A stretch of DNA of 64,000 nucleotides. Source: Lysobacter spongiicola DSM 21749 (GTDB lineage: Bacteria > Pseudomonadota > Gammaproteobacteria > Xanthomonadales > Xanthomonadaceae). The stretch covers positions 55,003 to 119,002 of the forward strand of contig NZ_FUXP01000005.1 of assembly GCF_900167055.1 (NCBI RefSeq), given 5' to 3'. Position numbers and translations under genes: made by a program. Shown here in pieces: positions 30,993 to 40,687 of the stretch; the stretch's first letter is position 1; every line of letters begins with the position of its first letter. The notes below the pieces were generated by a model. It worked only from the letters and a program-made list of their open reading frames with translations. It ran no database searches and was not told where the DNA came from.

Positions 30993-33008
30993 ATGAGTAT
31001 GTCCATGATCCTGCCGTTCGTAGTCGGCGCAGGCGTACTGCTGGTCGTGATGCTCGGCATCTTCGGCCTGTTCAAGGCCTTCTACGTCAAGGTGCCGCAG
31101 GGCACGGCGCTGATCGTCAACGATCTCAGCGCCACGCCCAAGGTCCGCTTCACCGGCGGCCTCATCATCCCGGTCCTCTACAAGGCCGAGCTGATGCAGA
31201 TCAGCCTGATCACCCTGCAGGTGGACCGCCGCGGACGGGAGGGCCTGATCTGCCGCGACAACATGCGGGCGGACATCTCCGTTGCCTTCTACCTGCGCGT
31301 CAACGAGACCCAGCAGGACGTGCTGCGCGTGGCCAAGGCCGTCGGCGCCGAGCGCGCGTCGGACAAGGCCGCCGTCGACGAGCTGTTCAACGCCAAGTTC
31401 TCCGAGGCGCTGAAAACGGTCGGCAAGAAGTTCGAATTCACCGAGCTGTTCGAGAAGCGCCAGGAGTTCCGCGACGAGATCATCAAGATCATCGGCAACG
31501 ACCTCAATGGCTACGTGCTCGAGGACGTGGCGATCGACTACCTCGAGCAGACCAAGAAGTCCGAGCTCGATCCGAACAACATCATGGATTCGGAGGGCAT
31601 CAAGAAGATCACCCAGATCACGGCGACGCAGAACGTCGTCACCAACGAGCTGGAACAGAACGAAAAGCTGGCGATCACCAAGAAGAACGTCGAAGCACGC
31701 GAGGCGACCCTGGCGCTGGAGCGCCAGCAGGCCGAGGCCGAAGCCCGGCAGCAGCGGGAGATCGAAACCATCCGCGCACGCGAGGAGGCCGAAACCGCGC
31801 GCGTCCGCGAGGAACAGCGGCTGGTTGCCGAGCAGGCGCGGCTGGAATCGGACGAGAAGATCCAGATCCGCGAGCAGAACGTGCATCGGGAAGTTGAGGT
31901 CGCCGAGCAGAACCGCCAGCGTGCGGTGGCGATCGAGGAAGAGCGCGTAGTGCGCGCCCGCGAACTGGAGAAGGTCACCACCGATCGCGAAGTCCAGCTG
32001 CAGGCGGTCGAGCGCGACAAGGTGGTCGAGGTCGGCAAGAAGGACGTGGCCAACATCACCCGCGAGCGCATCGCCATCGACAAGACGGTAGCCATCGAGG
32101 AAGAGCGCATCATGGAAGTGCGCGTCGTTTCCGAGGCCGAACGCGAGAAGCAGGCCCGGGTACTGGCCGCCGAGGCTGCGGCGCAGGAAGCCCTGGTCCA
32201 CAAGGTCAAGGAAGCAGAGGCCGCCGAAACCGCGGCCAGGCACCGGGCCGTGGAGCGGACCACGCTCGCGCAGGCCGAGCTGGAAGCAGCAACCCGCGAA
32301 GCCGAGGCCAAGCGGGTACTCGCCGACGGCGTCAAGGCCGAGCAGGCCGCCCCGGGGCTGGCCGACGTGCAGGTGCGCGAGGCGGAAGCACAGGCGATCG
32401 AGAAGCAGGGCGTCGCCGAGGCCCGCGTGATCGAAGCCAAGGCCGCCGCGCGACTGGTCGAGGGCACCAACGATGCCCGGGTACTTGCCGAGCGCATGGC
32501 CGCCGAGGCCGAAGGCACGGCGAAGCAGGGCCAGGCCAACGCCGCATCGGTCGAAGCCGTGGGCAGCGCCGAGGCCAACGTGACGGTCAAGAAGCTGACC
32601 GCGGAAGCCGAGGGCCTGACCCGGAAGTTCGAGGCGATCGACTCGCTGTCGGTCAACGCACGCAGCCACGAGGAGTTCCGCATGTCGCTGGAAACCCACC
32701 TCCAGCAGGCGCTCGCGTCGATCTCGGCGGGCAAGGACGTGGCCAAGGAGAACGCCGAGGTCATCGCATCGGCGTTGCGCAACGCGAACATCGACCTGGT
32801 CGGTGGCGACGGCGGCCTGTTCGAAGCCTTCTCCAAGTCGCTCTCGCTGGGCAAGGCCGTCGAAGGCCTGGCAGGCAAGAGCCCGATCGTGCAGGACCTG
32901 ATGAGCCGCTACCTGGGCGTCACCGCGGTTGAACCGGCACCCGCGAAGCTGCCGGGGCACGGCGCCGGGGAACGCGTCGCGCCGGCGATCCCGGACGCGG
33001 GCGCCTGA
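30993..33008 (+). CDS. flotillin/SPFH (band-7) family protein, YqiK-like
   Basis: N-terminal TM and SPFH domain, followed by a very long EA-rich coiled coil. 671 aa. Confidence 0.85.
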   Translation: MSMSMILPFVVGAGVLLVVMLGIFGLFKAFYVKVPQGTALIVNDLSATPKVRFTGGLIIPVLYKAELMQISLITLQVDRRGREGLICRDNMRADISVAFYLRVNETQQDVLRVAKAVGAERASDKAAVDELFNAKFSEALKTVGKKFEFTELFEKRQEFRDEIIKIIGNDLNGYVLEDVAIDYLEQTKKSELDPNNIMDSEGIKKITQITATQNVVTNELEQNEKLAITKKNVEAREATLALERQQAEAEARQQREIETIRAREEAETARVREEQRLVAEQARLESDEKIQIREQNVHREVEVAEQNRQRAVAIEEERVVRARELEKVTTDREVQLQAVERDKVVEVGKKDVANITRERIAIDKTVAIEEERIMEVRVVSEAEREKQARVLAAEAAAQEALVHKVKEAEAAETAARHRAVERTTLAQAELEAATREAEAKRVLADGVKAEQAAPGLADVQVREAEAQAIEKQGVAEARVIEAKAAARLVEGTNDARVLAERMAAEAEGTAKQGQANAASVEAVGSAEANVTVKKLTAEAEGLTRKFEAIDSLSVNARSHEEFRMSLETHLQQALASISAGKDVAKENAEVIASALRNANIDLVGGDGGLFEAFSKSLSLGKAVEGLAGKSPIVQDLMSRYLGVTAVEPAPAKLPGHGAGERVAPAIPDAGA

Positions 33009-33079
33009 CCCGGGCGCCTCCATTGCCGGCGGCAGCCCGTGCCGCCGCCGGTACCACCACCCAAGCAAGGATCCGCAAG

Positions 33080-33337
33080 ATGACCGCTGAACGCGACCAC
33101 CTGGAAATGGCCTTCCACTCCATCACCTGCTTCGCCGACGACGGCCGGCTGGATGCCGCCGAACTCGATCGCATCGTTGCCATCGCCGAGCGCGACGGCA
33201 CCATCAACGAGGACGAGACCCGCGTGCTGCACAACATCATCGCGCGCATCACGCCCGGCGAGATCGATGCATTGATGAAGATGCGCCTGGATGCCCTGCG
33301 CCGGAAGATCGGGCCGCCAGCGGAGCCCGCGGCCTGA
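33080..33337 (+). CDS. TerB-like small protein
   Basis: ADDGRLDAAELDRIVAIAERDGTINEDETRVL resembles TerB/DjlA-N tandem helical metal-binding repeats. Start chosen at MTAERDHL. Confidence 0.45.
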   Translation: MTAERDHLEMAFHSITCFADDGRLDAAELDRIVAIAERDGTINEDETRVLHNIIARITPGEIDALMKMRLDALRRKIGPPAEPAA

Positions 33338-33407
33338 GCCACCGCCGCCACCGCCTGCCCTCCCGAATGCAGCATGGAACGCCCGATAGCGCGGGCGAGG
33401 TCCCACG

Positions 33408-36400
33408 ATGACGTCTTCAGCAACCACCGACACCCTGCCCGACAACGCCCCCGAAACCGGATCAGTCGACCAGGCCGTCGCCCAGGGCGGCGCCTACGAA
33501 GTGCTGCGCCGGCGCCTTTCCGACCAGGGCGCGCGCCTGCGCGGCATCGCCGAGCGGATCAATGCCCGGCGGCTGGAGGAGTTCGGCAGCAGCCGGATGG
33601 AGGTGATCGGCCGCCTTCGCGTCCGCACAGAGAACAACTGCACGGGCCGGGACATCGTCCAGGTCGGCGACCTGCTGCTGTTCGGCTACAACGTCTTCAT
33701 CGGCTTGAAGACCACGACCCGGGTCGAGGACGTCTTCGGACTGTACCGGCTGGTGGAGAACGACGGCGCCTTCGACGTGGAGCAGGTCGCACTCGATGGC
33801 AGCTTCCTGGGCGATGCCCAGTTCCAGCGCGACTTCACCGAGTTGTATGCCTACTACAAGGACGCCCGCCTGCTGCAGTTGATCGTGCGCGAAGGCAAGC
33901 TCCTGGCCTCGTTCCAGATCGGCGAGCGCAGCAGCGATACCCGGGTGTTCCGATGGGCGCTGACGGCCCACGGCGAGGTGAAGTACATAGACGCCCGCGG
34001 CGAGCGCGACCTGACGATGCCGCCGCCGTTCGATTTCGAGTGGACGCGCGCGACGCGCGAGCTGATGGTCAGCGGGCGCCACCCGCACCTGAACGTACTC
34101 GACACCCTGTTCGTCGAGACCACCGGCGGCGACCTCACCATCAAGGTCGAGGACAACACCGAGACCGGCGAGGGCATCCACTCCGAACCGGTCGAGGACA
34201 AGACCCAGTCGCTCGATGACGCGACCTTCGATTTCGCCCGCGTCGGCTCGCTTGTCCTGCTCAAGGTCCTGCCCTACCGCGAAAACGAATGGCGTGGCTT
34301 CATCTACAACACGCTCACCGGCCGGGTACAGCGCAACGACGCGATCATCCAGGCGTGCGTCCAGCTGCCCGAGGACCACGGCATCATCTTCCCGGGCGGC
34401 TACTACCTGCAGAACGGCGAGCACAAGGCCTTCGACGCGGGCATGGACGGCATGCAGTTCAAGCGTGCGATCCGCTCGCCCAACGGCGAAGACGTGCTGT
34501 ACATCTTCTACGAACACCACGCCGGCAAGTCGGCCCTGTTTGTCTACAACATGATCCAGCGCGAGCTGCAGAACCCGGTCTTCGGCCACGGCTATGCGCG
34601 TCTGGCCGACGGGCGCATGGTGGTCTTCCACGCCGAGGGCGATGGCGCCACCCGCATCCATCCGATGCAGGTCTGGCAGACGCCTTTCGTGAGCGACGAG
34701 TTCGCGGCCAGCAGGCCACCCGGCAACACCTACCTGGGCCGGCTGGGCAACGCCGAGCTCGTGCGCGGCATCTCCAACCTGATGAACCTGTCGAGGCAGA
34801 TCGGCAGCGAAGAAGTATCGCTGCAGCGCTACCAGCTGCTCGCGCGTGACACCCGGCGGCTGTTCGATGCCCACCACTGGATCGACGACGCCCACTGCGA
34901 CGGCGTCGCCAGCCTGCTGCGCGAGATCGCCGCGACCGGCGAGTCCATGCTCGATGAGTTCGAGAAGGTGCAGGGCATCCGCCGGCAGTCCGCCCAGGCC
35001 CTGGTCGATGCGCGTACCGAACATGCGGCGCTGGTGGCGCGCCTTCTGCCCGACAACTGGTCGCAGGTGCAGGAGTTCGTCGACGCGCTCAACGAGATCA
35101 CCCGCCAGCGCGGCCACCTGCTCACGATCCGCGAGTACCGCTACATCGACGTTGCCGCCATCGACGCCCTTGGCGCACAACTGCAGGAGGAGCATGAGCG
35201 CATCGGCGCCGCTGCTGGCCGGTTCCTGGCGGGCGAGAAAGCCCTGGCACCGTTCATCGACCGGGTGCAGGCGCTCGACGAAGAAGCCGGAAAGGCCGAA
35301 ACCGCCACCGCCCTGGGTGAGCGCCTCGCCGCGCTGAGGGCGATGTCGGCGGACCTGGACATGCTGTCCGAGCTCATGGCGACCCTGAAGGTCGATGACG
35401 CCGCCCAGCGCACCCGGGTGGTGGAGGCCATATCGGCCATCTACGGCCGCCTCAACCAGGCCCGTGCCCGGGCCGAACAACGGCGCAAGACACTGGGGTC
35501 GGCCGAAGCGGTGGCCCAGTTCGCTGCCCAGTTCACCCTGTTCGGGCAGGCCATCACCGGCGCCCTCGGATTGGCGACCGATCCGGAGAAAGCCGACGAG
35601 CAGCTGTCGCGCCTGATGATCCAGCTCGAGGAGCTTGAGAGCCAGTTCGGCGAACACGAACAGTTCCTCGGCGTCATCCTCAGCAAGCGCGAGGAGCTGC
35701 TGGATACCTTCGAGGCGCACAAGCAGGCCTTGCTGGATGATCGCCACCGCAAGGCGCAGTCGGTTCTGGACGCGGCCAATCGCATCCTGGCGGGGCTCGA
35801 CAAGCGCACCGAGAAGTTCTCCAACCCCGACGAGCTCAACGCCTTCTTCGCCGGCGATCCGCTGACCCTCAAGGTCCGCGAGCTGGCCGAGCGGCTGCGG
35901 GCGCTGAAGGATTCGGTGAAGGCCGACGACATCGAGGCGCGCCTGAAGGGCGCGCGCGACCAGGCGGTGCGTGCCCTTCGCGATCGCGTGGATCTTTTCG
36001 AAGGCGGTGGCCAGGTCATCAAGCTCGGCCGCCACCGCTTCAGCGTCAATACGCAGTCACTGGACCTGACCATCCTGCCTCGGGGAGACCAGCTCGCGCT
36101 GCACCTGACCGGCACCGATTTCATGGAGCCGATCGACGACCCCGCCCTGGGGGAGCTGCGCGAATACTGGCAGGCCGGGTTGGAGTCCGAGTCGCCGACG
36201 CTGTACCGGGGCGAGTACCTCGCTGGCGAGATCATCTCCGCCGCGGCGACCGGCGCCGAGGGGCTGGAAGAGGACACTCTGCAGCGGCTGTCCGGTGACT
36301 TGCCCGCCCTGACCACGGCGGTCCGCGAGTTCGCGGCGCCACGCTACCGCGATGGCTACGAGCGCGGAATCCACGACCACGACGCGGCGCTCATCCTGCG

Positions 36401-38738
36401 TGCATTCCTGGTGCAGCGCGACCTGGCTGGGACCCTGGTCCACGCACCGGCACCGCGTGCGCTGGCGATGCTGTTCATGGCAGCCCATCGCAGCGACGAG
36501 GACGTCGCGCAATGGGCGGGCCGCGCGACCAGTGCATCGGCGATGCAACGACTGTTCGGCTCGCGCGCCAGCCTGGAGGCGCTGACCAGCGAGATGTCGG
36601 CGCGACTGCTGGCCTTCGTGGAGCAGGCCACGTTGCCATTCGAGCCATCCGTGGCCACTGCGGCCGCCAGCTTCCTCATCGACCAGCTGATCGGTGGCGA
36701 CGAGGCCTTCGCCTTGTCACGCCACGGCCGCGAACTGGCGGAGATGCTGCAGGACAGGATGGGCACGGCCGGGCTCCATACCCCCTTCCAGCACACCCTG
36801 GCGCAGCTGCACGACCGCCACGGTGCGCGCTGGCAGCACGTGGTGCACTGGCTGCAGGCGCTCTGCAACGATGCCGCGGCGGCCTCCATGGCCGCCTATG
36901 TGCCCGAAGCCGCTGCCTGGATGCTGACCCGGGAGACGCTTGCGTTCCAGGACCACGGCGTCGCCCTCCAGACCACCGTCGAGGGGCTGCTGGGGGAGCA
37001 CCCGCTTGTTTCCGAAGGCCGGATACAGCTGGCCGCGGACGACCTGCTGGCCCGGCTACGCACCCACAGGGAACGCTTCCTGCCGGGATACCGGCGGTAC
37101 CACGCGCTGCGGCACGAGATCGCGGCGCGCGAGCGCGACGCGCTCCGCCTGTCGGAGTTCCAGGCCCGCCCGTTGTCGTCGTTCGTCCGCAACAAGCTCA
37201 TCAACGAGGTCTACCTGCCGATCATCGGCGACAACCTCGCCAAGCAGATGGGCACCGCCGGCGAGGACAAGCGCAGCGACCTCATGGGCCTGCTGATGAT
37301 GATCTCGCCACCCGGTTACGGAAAGACCACGCTCATGGAGTACGTGGCCAGCCGCCTCGGCCTCGTCTTCATGAAGGTCAATGGTCCCGCCCTCGGCCAT
37401 GAAGTGCGCTCGGTCGATCCCGCACAGGCACCCGATGCCACCTCGCGCCAGGAGCTGGAAAAGCTGAACCTGGCTTTCGAGATGGGCAACAACGTGATGC
37501 TCTATCTGGACGACATCCAGCACACGCATCCCGAGTTCCTGCAGAAGTTCATCTCGCTGTGCGACGGTACCCGCCGGGTGGAAGGCGTATGGAAGGGCCG
37601 GACCCGGACCTACGACATGCGCGGCAAGAAGTTCTGCGTGGTCATGGCCGGCAATCCGTACACGGAGTCCGGCGAGGTCTTCAAGATCCCCGACATGCTT
37701 GCCAACCGCGCCGACATCTACAACCTCGGCGATGTCCTGGGCGGGATGGAGGACACCTTCACGCTGAGCTACATCGAGAACAGCCTGACCTCCAACCCGG
37801 TGCTGGCACCGCTGGCCACGCGCGACCTGGCCGACCTGTACCGGCTGGTGGACAAGGCCCGCGGCGAAGAGGTCTCCACCAACGACCTCTCGCATGCCTA
37901 CAGTGCCGCCGAGATCAACGAGATCGTGCAGACGCTGGTCCGGGTGATCAAGGTGCGCGACGTGGTCTACCGCGTGAACCAGCAGTACATCGCCAGCGCC
38001 GCCCAGGCCGACAAGTACCGCACCGAGCCGGCCTTCAAGCTGCAGGGCAGCTACCGCAACATGAACAAGCTGGTTGAGAAGATCTCGCCGGTGATGAATG
38101 ACGACGAGTTGCAGCAGCTGATCGGCGACCACTACCTGGGCGAGGCGCAACTGCTGACGGTCGGGGCGGAAGAAAACCTGCTCAAGCTGGGAGAGCTGCG
38201 GGGGGTCCTGACATCCGCGGAGCAGGAACGCTGGGAGCAGATCAAGCGCGACTTCCTGCGCAACAAGGCGATGGGGGCCGATGACGCCGACGTCGGCGGG
38301 CGCGTGGTGGCGCAACTGGCCGACATCGCCGGCGGGCTGCAGGCCATGGGCGAGGCCGCCCCTCGCCGGCAACTTTCTGCCACCGATGGTGCGCCGCAGC
38401 CGGATCCTGCGCCGTGGAAAGAGGCGCTCGCGCTCCTGGAGCGCGTGCTCGCCAGCCGCGCCGCCGACGACGCCACCGACGCTACCGGCCCGGACAGTGC
38501 CGGCACGCTGCTGAAGACGGCGGTCGAGCCGTTGATCGCCGCCATCCACTCCAGCCAGGGACAACAGGCACAGCTCAATACGGCGATGCTCCACCTGGCC
38601 AGCGCGATACGCGCCGGAATGAGCGTGCGCCAGGGCACCGGACGCAGGCCGCATACTCCGACGCCCGACGAGCGCCGACTGGACGAGGCACTCGAGCGGC
38701 TGCACGCCGGGCTGAAGGACGATCCGGCCAGCCCGTGA
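33408..38738 (+). CDS. giant (1776 aa) multidomain protein with an AAA+ ATPase domain (Mg-chelatase/ComM-like)
   Basis: Walker A ISPPGYGKTTLMEY (~res 1290), Walker B VMLYLDDIQHT and a sensor region VVMAGNPYTESGEV. The N-terminus is beta-rich and a long helical/coiled-coil middle follows. The ORF is uninterrupted with good codon bias. Confidence 0.8.
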   Translation: MTSSATTDTLPDNAPETGSVDQAVAQGGAYEVLRRRLSDQGARLRGIAERINARRLEEFGSSRMEVIGRLRVRTENNCTGRDIVQVGDLLLFGYNVFIGLKTTTRVEDVFGLYRLVENDGAFDVEQVALDGSFLGDAQFQRDFTELYAYYKDARLLQLIVREGKLLASFQIGERSSDTRVFRWALTAHGEVKYIDARGERDLTMPPPFDFEWTRATRELMVSGRHPHLNVLDTLFVETTGGDLTIKVEDNTETGEGIHSEPVEDKTQSLDDATFDFARVGSLVLLKVLPYRENEWRGFIYNTLTGRVQRNDAIIQACVQLPEDHGIIFPGGYYLQNGEHKAFDAGMDGMQFKRAIRSPNGEDVLYIFYEHHAGKSALFVYNMIQRELQNPVFGHGYARLADGRMVVFHAEGDGATRIHPMQVWQTPFVSDEFAASRPPGNTYLGRLGNAELVRGISNLMNLSRQIGSEEVSLQRYQLLARDTRRLFDAHHWIDDAHCDGVASLLREIAATGESMLDEFEKVQGIRRQSAQALVDARTEHAALVARLLPDNWSQVQEFVDALNEITRQRGHLLTIREYRYIDVAAIDALGAQLQEEHERIGAAAGRFLAGEKALAPFIDRVQALDEEAGKAETATALGERLAALRAMSADLDMLSELMATLKVDDAAQRTRVVEAISAIYGRLNQARARAEQRRKTLGSAEAVAQFAAQFTLFGQAITGALGLATDPEKADEQLSRLMIQLEELESQFGEHEQFLGVILSKREELLDTFEAHKQALLDDRHRKAQSVLDAANRILAGLDKRTEKFSNPDELNAFFAGDPLTLKVRELAERLRALKDSVKADDIEARLKGARDQAVRALRDRVDLFEGGGQVIKLGRHRFSVNTQSLDLTILPRGDQLALHLTGTDFMEPIDDPALGELREYWQAGLESESPTLYRGEYLAGEIISAAATGAEGLEEDTLQRLSGDLPALTTAVREFAAPRYRDGYERGIHDHDAALILRAFLVQRDLAGTLVHAPAPRALAMLFMAAHRSDEDVAQWAGRATSASAMQRLFGSRASLEALTSEMSARLLAFVEQATLPFEPSVATAAASFLIDQLIGGDEAFALSRHGRELAEMLQDRMGTAGLHTPFQHTLAQLHDRHGARWQHVVHWLQALCNDAAAASMAAYVPEAAAWMLTRETLAFQDHGVALQTTVEGLLGEHPLVSEGRIQLAADDLLARLRTHRERFLPGYRRYHALRHEIAARERDALRLSEFQARPLSSFVRNKLINEVYLPIIGDNLAKQMGTAGEDKRSDLMGLLMMISPPGYGKTTLMEYVASRLGLVFMKVNGPALGHEVRSVDPAQAPDATSRQELEKLNLAFEMGNNVMLYLDDIQHTHPEFLQKFISLCDGTRRVEGVWKGRTRTYDMRGKKFCVVMAGNPYTESGEVFKIPDMLANRADIYNLGDVLGGMEDTFTLSYIENSLTSNPVLAPLATRDLADLYRLVDKARGEEVSTNDLSHAYSAAEINEIVQTLVRVIKVRDVVYRVNQQYIASAAQADKYRTEPAFKLQGSYRNMNKLVEKISPVMNDDELQQLIGDHYLGEAQLLTVGAEENLLKLGELRGVLTSAEQERWEQIKRDFLRNKAMGADDADVGGRVVAQLADIAGGLQAMGEAAPRRQLSATDGAPQPDPAPWKEALALLERVLASRAADDATDATGPDSAGTLLKTAVEPLIAAIHSSQGQQAQLNTAMLHLASAIRAGMSVRQGTGRRPHTPTPDERRLDEALERLHAGLKDDPASP

Positions 38739-39499
38739 CCAGGCCCTACGCCCACCCCGCACCTGCCGCCACGCCCGAGGAGATCGAACTTGGCGGCCGC
38801 GGGATATCGGCGGCGGTCGACATGGACGCGATCAACACCCTGCTTGCCGGTCTGCCGACTTCCGCGCTGATGGCGGAACTCGACGCGATCGTGGAAGTCA
38901 TCGACGCCTCGGATACCGGCCGTGCCCGGCGCCGGGCCGGGTTGCTGGGCCGGCTGCTCGGACGTGACCTGGTGGCACGCGCCAATCCGGATGCCACGGC
39001 GGACCGGGTACGGGTACACCTGGCGCATGCAGCGGAGCATGCAGGTCTGCTTGCAAGCCACCTGTCTGCCCTGGAAGCGGTCTATTCACCGCTGCAGCAA
39101 CAGATCGACGCCATGGATGCATTCGTGGAAGCCAGCCGGAACACCATTGGCCCGGCACCTGACGAACCCGACCCTCGGCATCTGCTTGCCCACCGCCACC
39201 TCGAACGCTTCCAGGCTGTCGGCGTGTCCTGGCGACACACCCGCGCCCAGGTCCGGATGGCGGTGGACCACGTCCACCTGGTGCTGGACCGGTACCGCAA
39301 GGTGCGCGACCTGCTGGTTCCGCTCTGGCGCCAGCACCACGCCGGCGGCGCCCTGGAGGAACGGCTTCGGGAGCGACTGCCGGCAGGCGAGAACGACCGG
39401 CAAGCACTGCATCGATTGATCGCATCGCTGCAGACATCCCCGCCCACCACGCATACTCCAACCCATCCGAACCCGGCCGACAGGGAGCCATCGCCATGA
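38735..39499 (+). CDS. hypothetical protein (possible degenerate TelA-like), translationally coupled
   Basis: GTG overlaps the giant gene's TGA (GTGA) and its stop overlaps the telA ATG (ATGA). It is helical and carries GLLGRLLGRD, which resembles the TelA PIVGPLLDRM region. Confidence 0.45.
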   Translation: MTRPYAHPAPAATPEEIELGGRGISAAVDMDAINTLLAGLPTSALMAELDAIVEVIDASDTGRARRRAGLLGRLLGRDLVARANPDATADRVRVHLAHAAEHAGLLASHLSALEAVYSPLQQQIDAMDAFVEASRNTIGPAPDEPDPRHLLAHRHLERFQAVGVSWRHTRAQVRMAVDHVHLVLDRYRKVRDLLVPLWRQHHAGGALEERLRERLPAGENDRQALHRLIASLQTSPPTTHTPTHPNPADREPSP

Positions 39500-40593
39500 C
39501 CGAGTCCACCACCGACCTTCCCCCCGTGCAGCTGCCTGCCGGGCTCGGGGAAGAGACGCTCAAGCAACTCGGCCTGGTGCCCGCCGACCTCGAGCAGGTC
39601 ACCGCGATACATGCCGGCCTCGCCGACCTCTCGCCGACCGACACGCAGGGCTACGGCCGCGACGTGGCCGCGGCCACCACCCGCTTCTCCAGCGAGCTGC
39701 TCGACCAGGTCCGCAACCGCGACCTGGACGCGACCGGCGAAAAGCTCGGCGAAGTGGTGCGCATCGCGCGCAACCTCAACCTGCACAAGTTCAGCGCACG
39801 CTCCAAGTTGCCGATCGTCGGTCCCCTGCTTGACCGCATGCGCGACTCCCGCGGCGAGCTCGTCCAGAAGTTCAGCTCCACCAACGAGCAGATCGAGCAG
39901 CTGATGCGCGACGTGTCTCGTCAGCAGGATGACCTGGGCAAGCGTGTGCGCGATTTCGACCGCATGTACGAGATGGTCGCAACCGAACGCCACCAGCTCG
40001 GCCTGCACGTGGCAGCGGGAAAGATGAGGCTGCGCGAACTCGAAAATGAGCGCGCCTCGCTCGAATCCGCCGATGATCCGCAGTCGCGCACCCGGCGCCA
40101 GCAGATCGACACCACATTGCGCCTGCTGGACAAGCGCGTGGGCGACCTGCTCCTGATGCAGCATGCCGCCGACCAGTCGCTGCCGATGATCAGGATGATC
40201 CAGGCCAACGCGATGCAGTTGATCGAGAAGTTCACCTCGGTCCGTGACATCACCATTCCGGCCTGGAAGCGCAGCTTCGCCATCCAGCTGTCGCTCAACG
40301 AGCAGAAGCAGGCGGTCGAGCTGGCCACTGCGATCGATGACGCCACCAACGAGCTGATGCGGCGCAATGCCGACCTGCTGCACGAGAGTTCAGTGGCGAC
40401 CGCCAAGGCCAACCAGCGCGGTGTCATCGACCTGGAGACGCTGCAGCACGCCCACGACAAGCTGATCCAGACGGTCGAGGACGTGCGCCAGATCCATCGC
40501 GAAGGCATCGACCAGCGCCGGCAGGCCGAAGCCGACCTTGCACGCATGCGGGAAGACGTACAGAAGCGCCTGGCGGCACCCACCGTCGACTGA
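39496..40593 (+). CDS. telA: toxic anion resistance protein TelA (KlaB family)
   Basis: 365 aa, colinear with the TelA family (FSSELLDQV...LPIVGPLLDRMRDS...QHAADQSLPMIRMIQANA). Confidence 0.8.
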   Translation: MTESTTDLPPVQLPAGLGEETLKQLGLVPADLEQVTAIHAGLADLSPTDTQGYGRDVAAATTRFSSELLDQVRNRDLDATGEKLGEVVRIARNLNLHKFSARSKLPIVGPLLDRMRDSRGELVQKFSSTNEQIEQLMRDVSRQQDDLGKRVRDFDRMYEMVATERHQLGLHVAAGKMRLRELENERASLESADDPQSRTRRQQIDTTLRLLDKRVGDLLLMQHAADQSLPMIRMIQANAMQLIEKFTSVRDITIPAWKRSFAIQLSLNEQKQAVELATAIDDATNELMRRNADLLHESSVATAKANQRGVIDLETLQHAHDKLIQTVEDVRQIHREGIDQRRQAEADLARMREDVQKRLAAPTVD

Positions 40594-40617
40594 GGGACGG
40601 GCGCGGGCACCGGCCGC

Positions 40618-40631
40618 TTGACCCGGGTCAG
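40618..40631 (+). promoter_or_regulatory. FNR-like box TTGACCCGGGTCAG
   Basis: One mismatch from TTGAC-N4-GTCAA. About 57 bp upstream of the ubiD ATG. Confidence 0.5.
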
Positions 40632-40687
40632 GGCGGGCAGTGGCGGCGGCCGGGACACTGCCGGGCCCGCCGCCTGTGTGACCGCCC

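Noticed and set aside
33009-33079. Hairpin CCGGCGGCAgcccgtGCCGCCGCCGG after flotillin as terminator
   Set aside because: There is no U-tract. Transcription may read through into the TerB-like/giant ATPase operon, which is the more interesting possibility.
40594-40687. Terminator after telA
   Set aside because: It is GC-rich with imperfect stems and no T-tract. The region instead contains the FNR-like box for ubiD.
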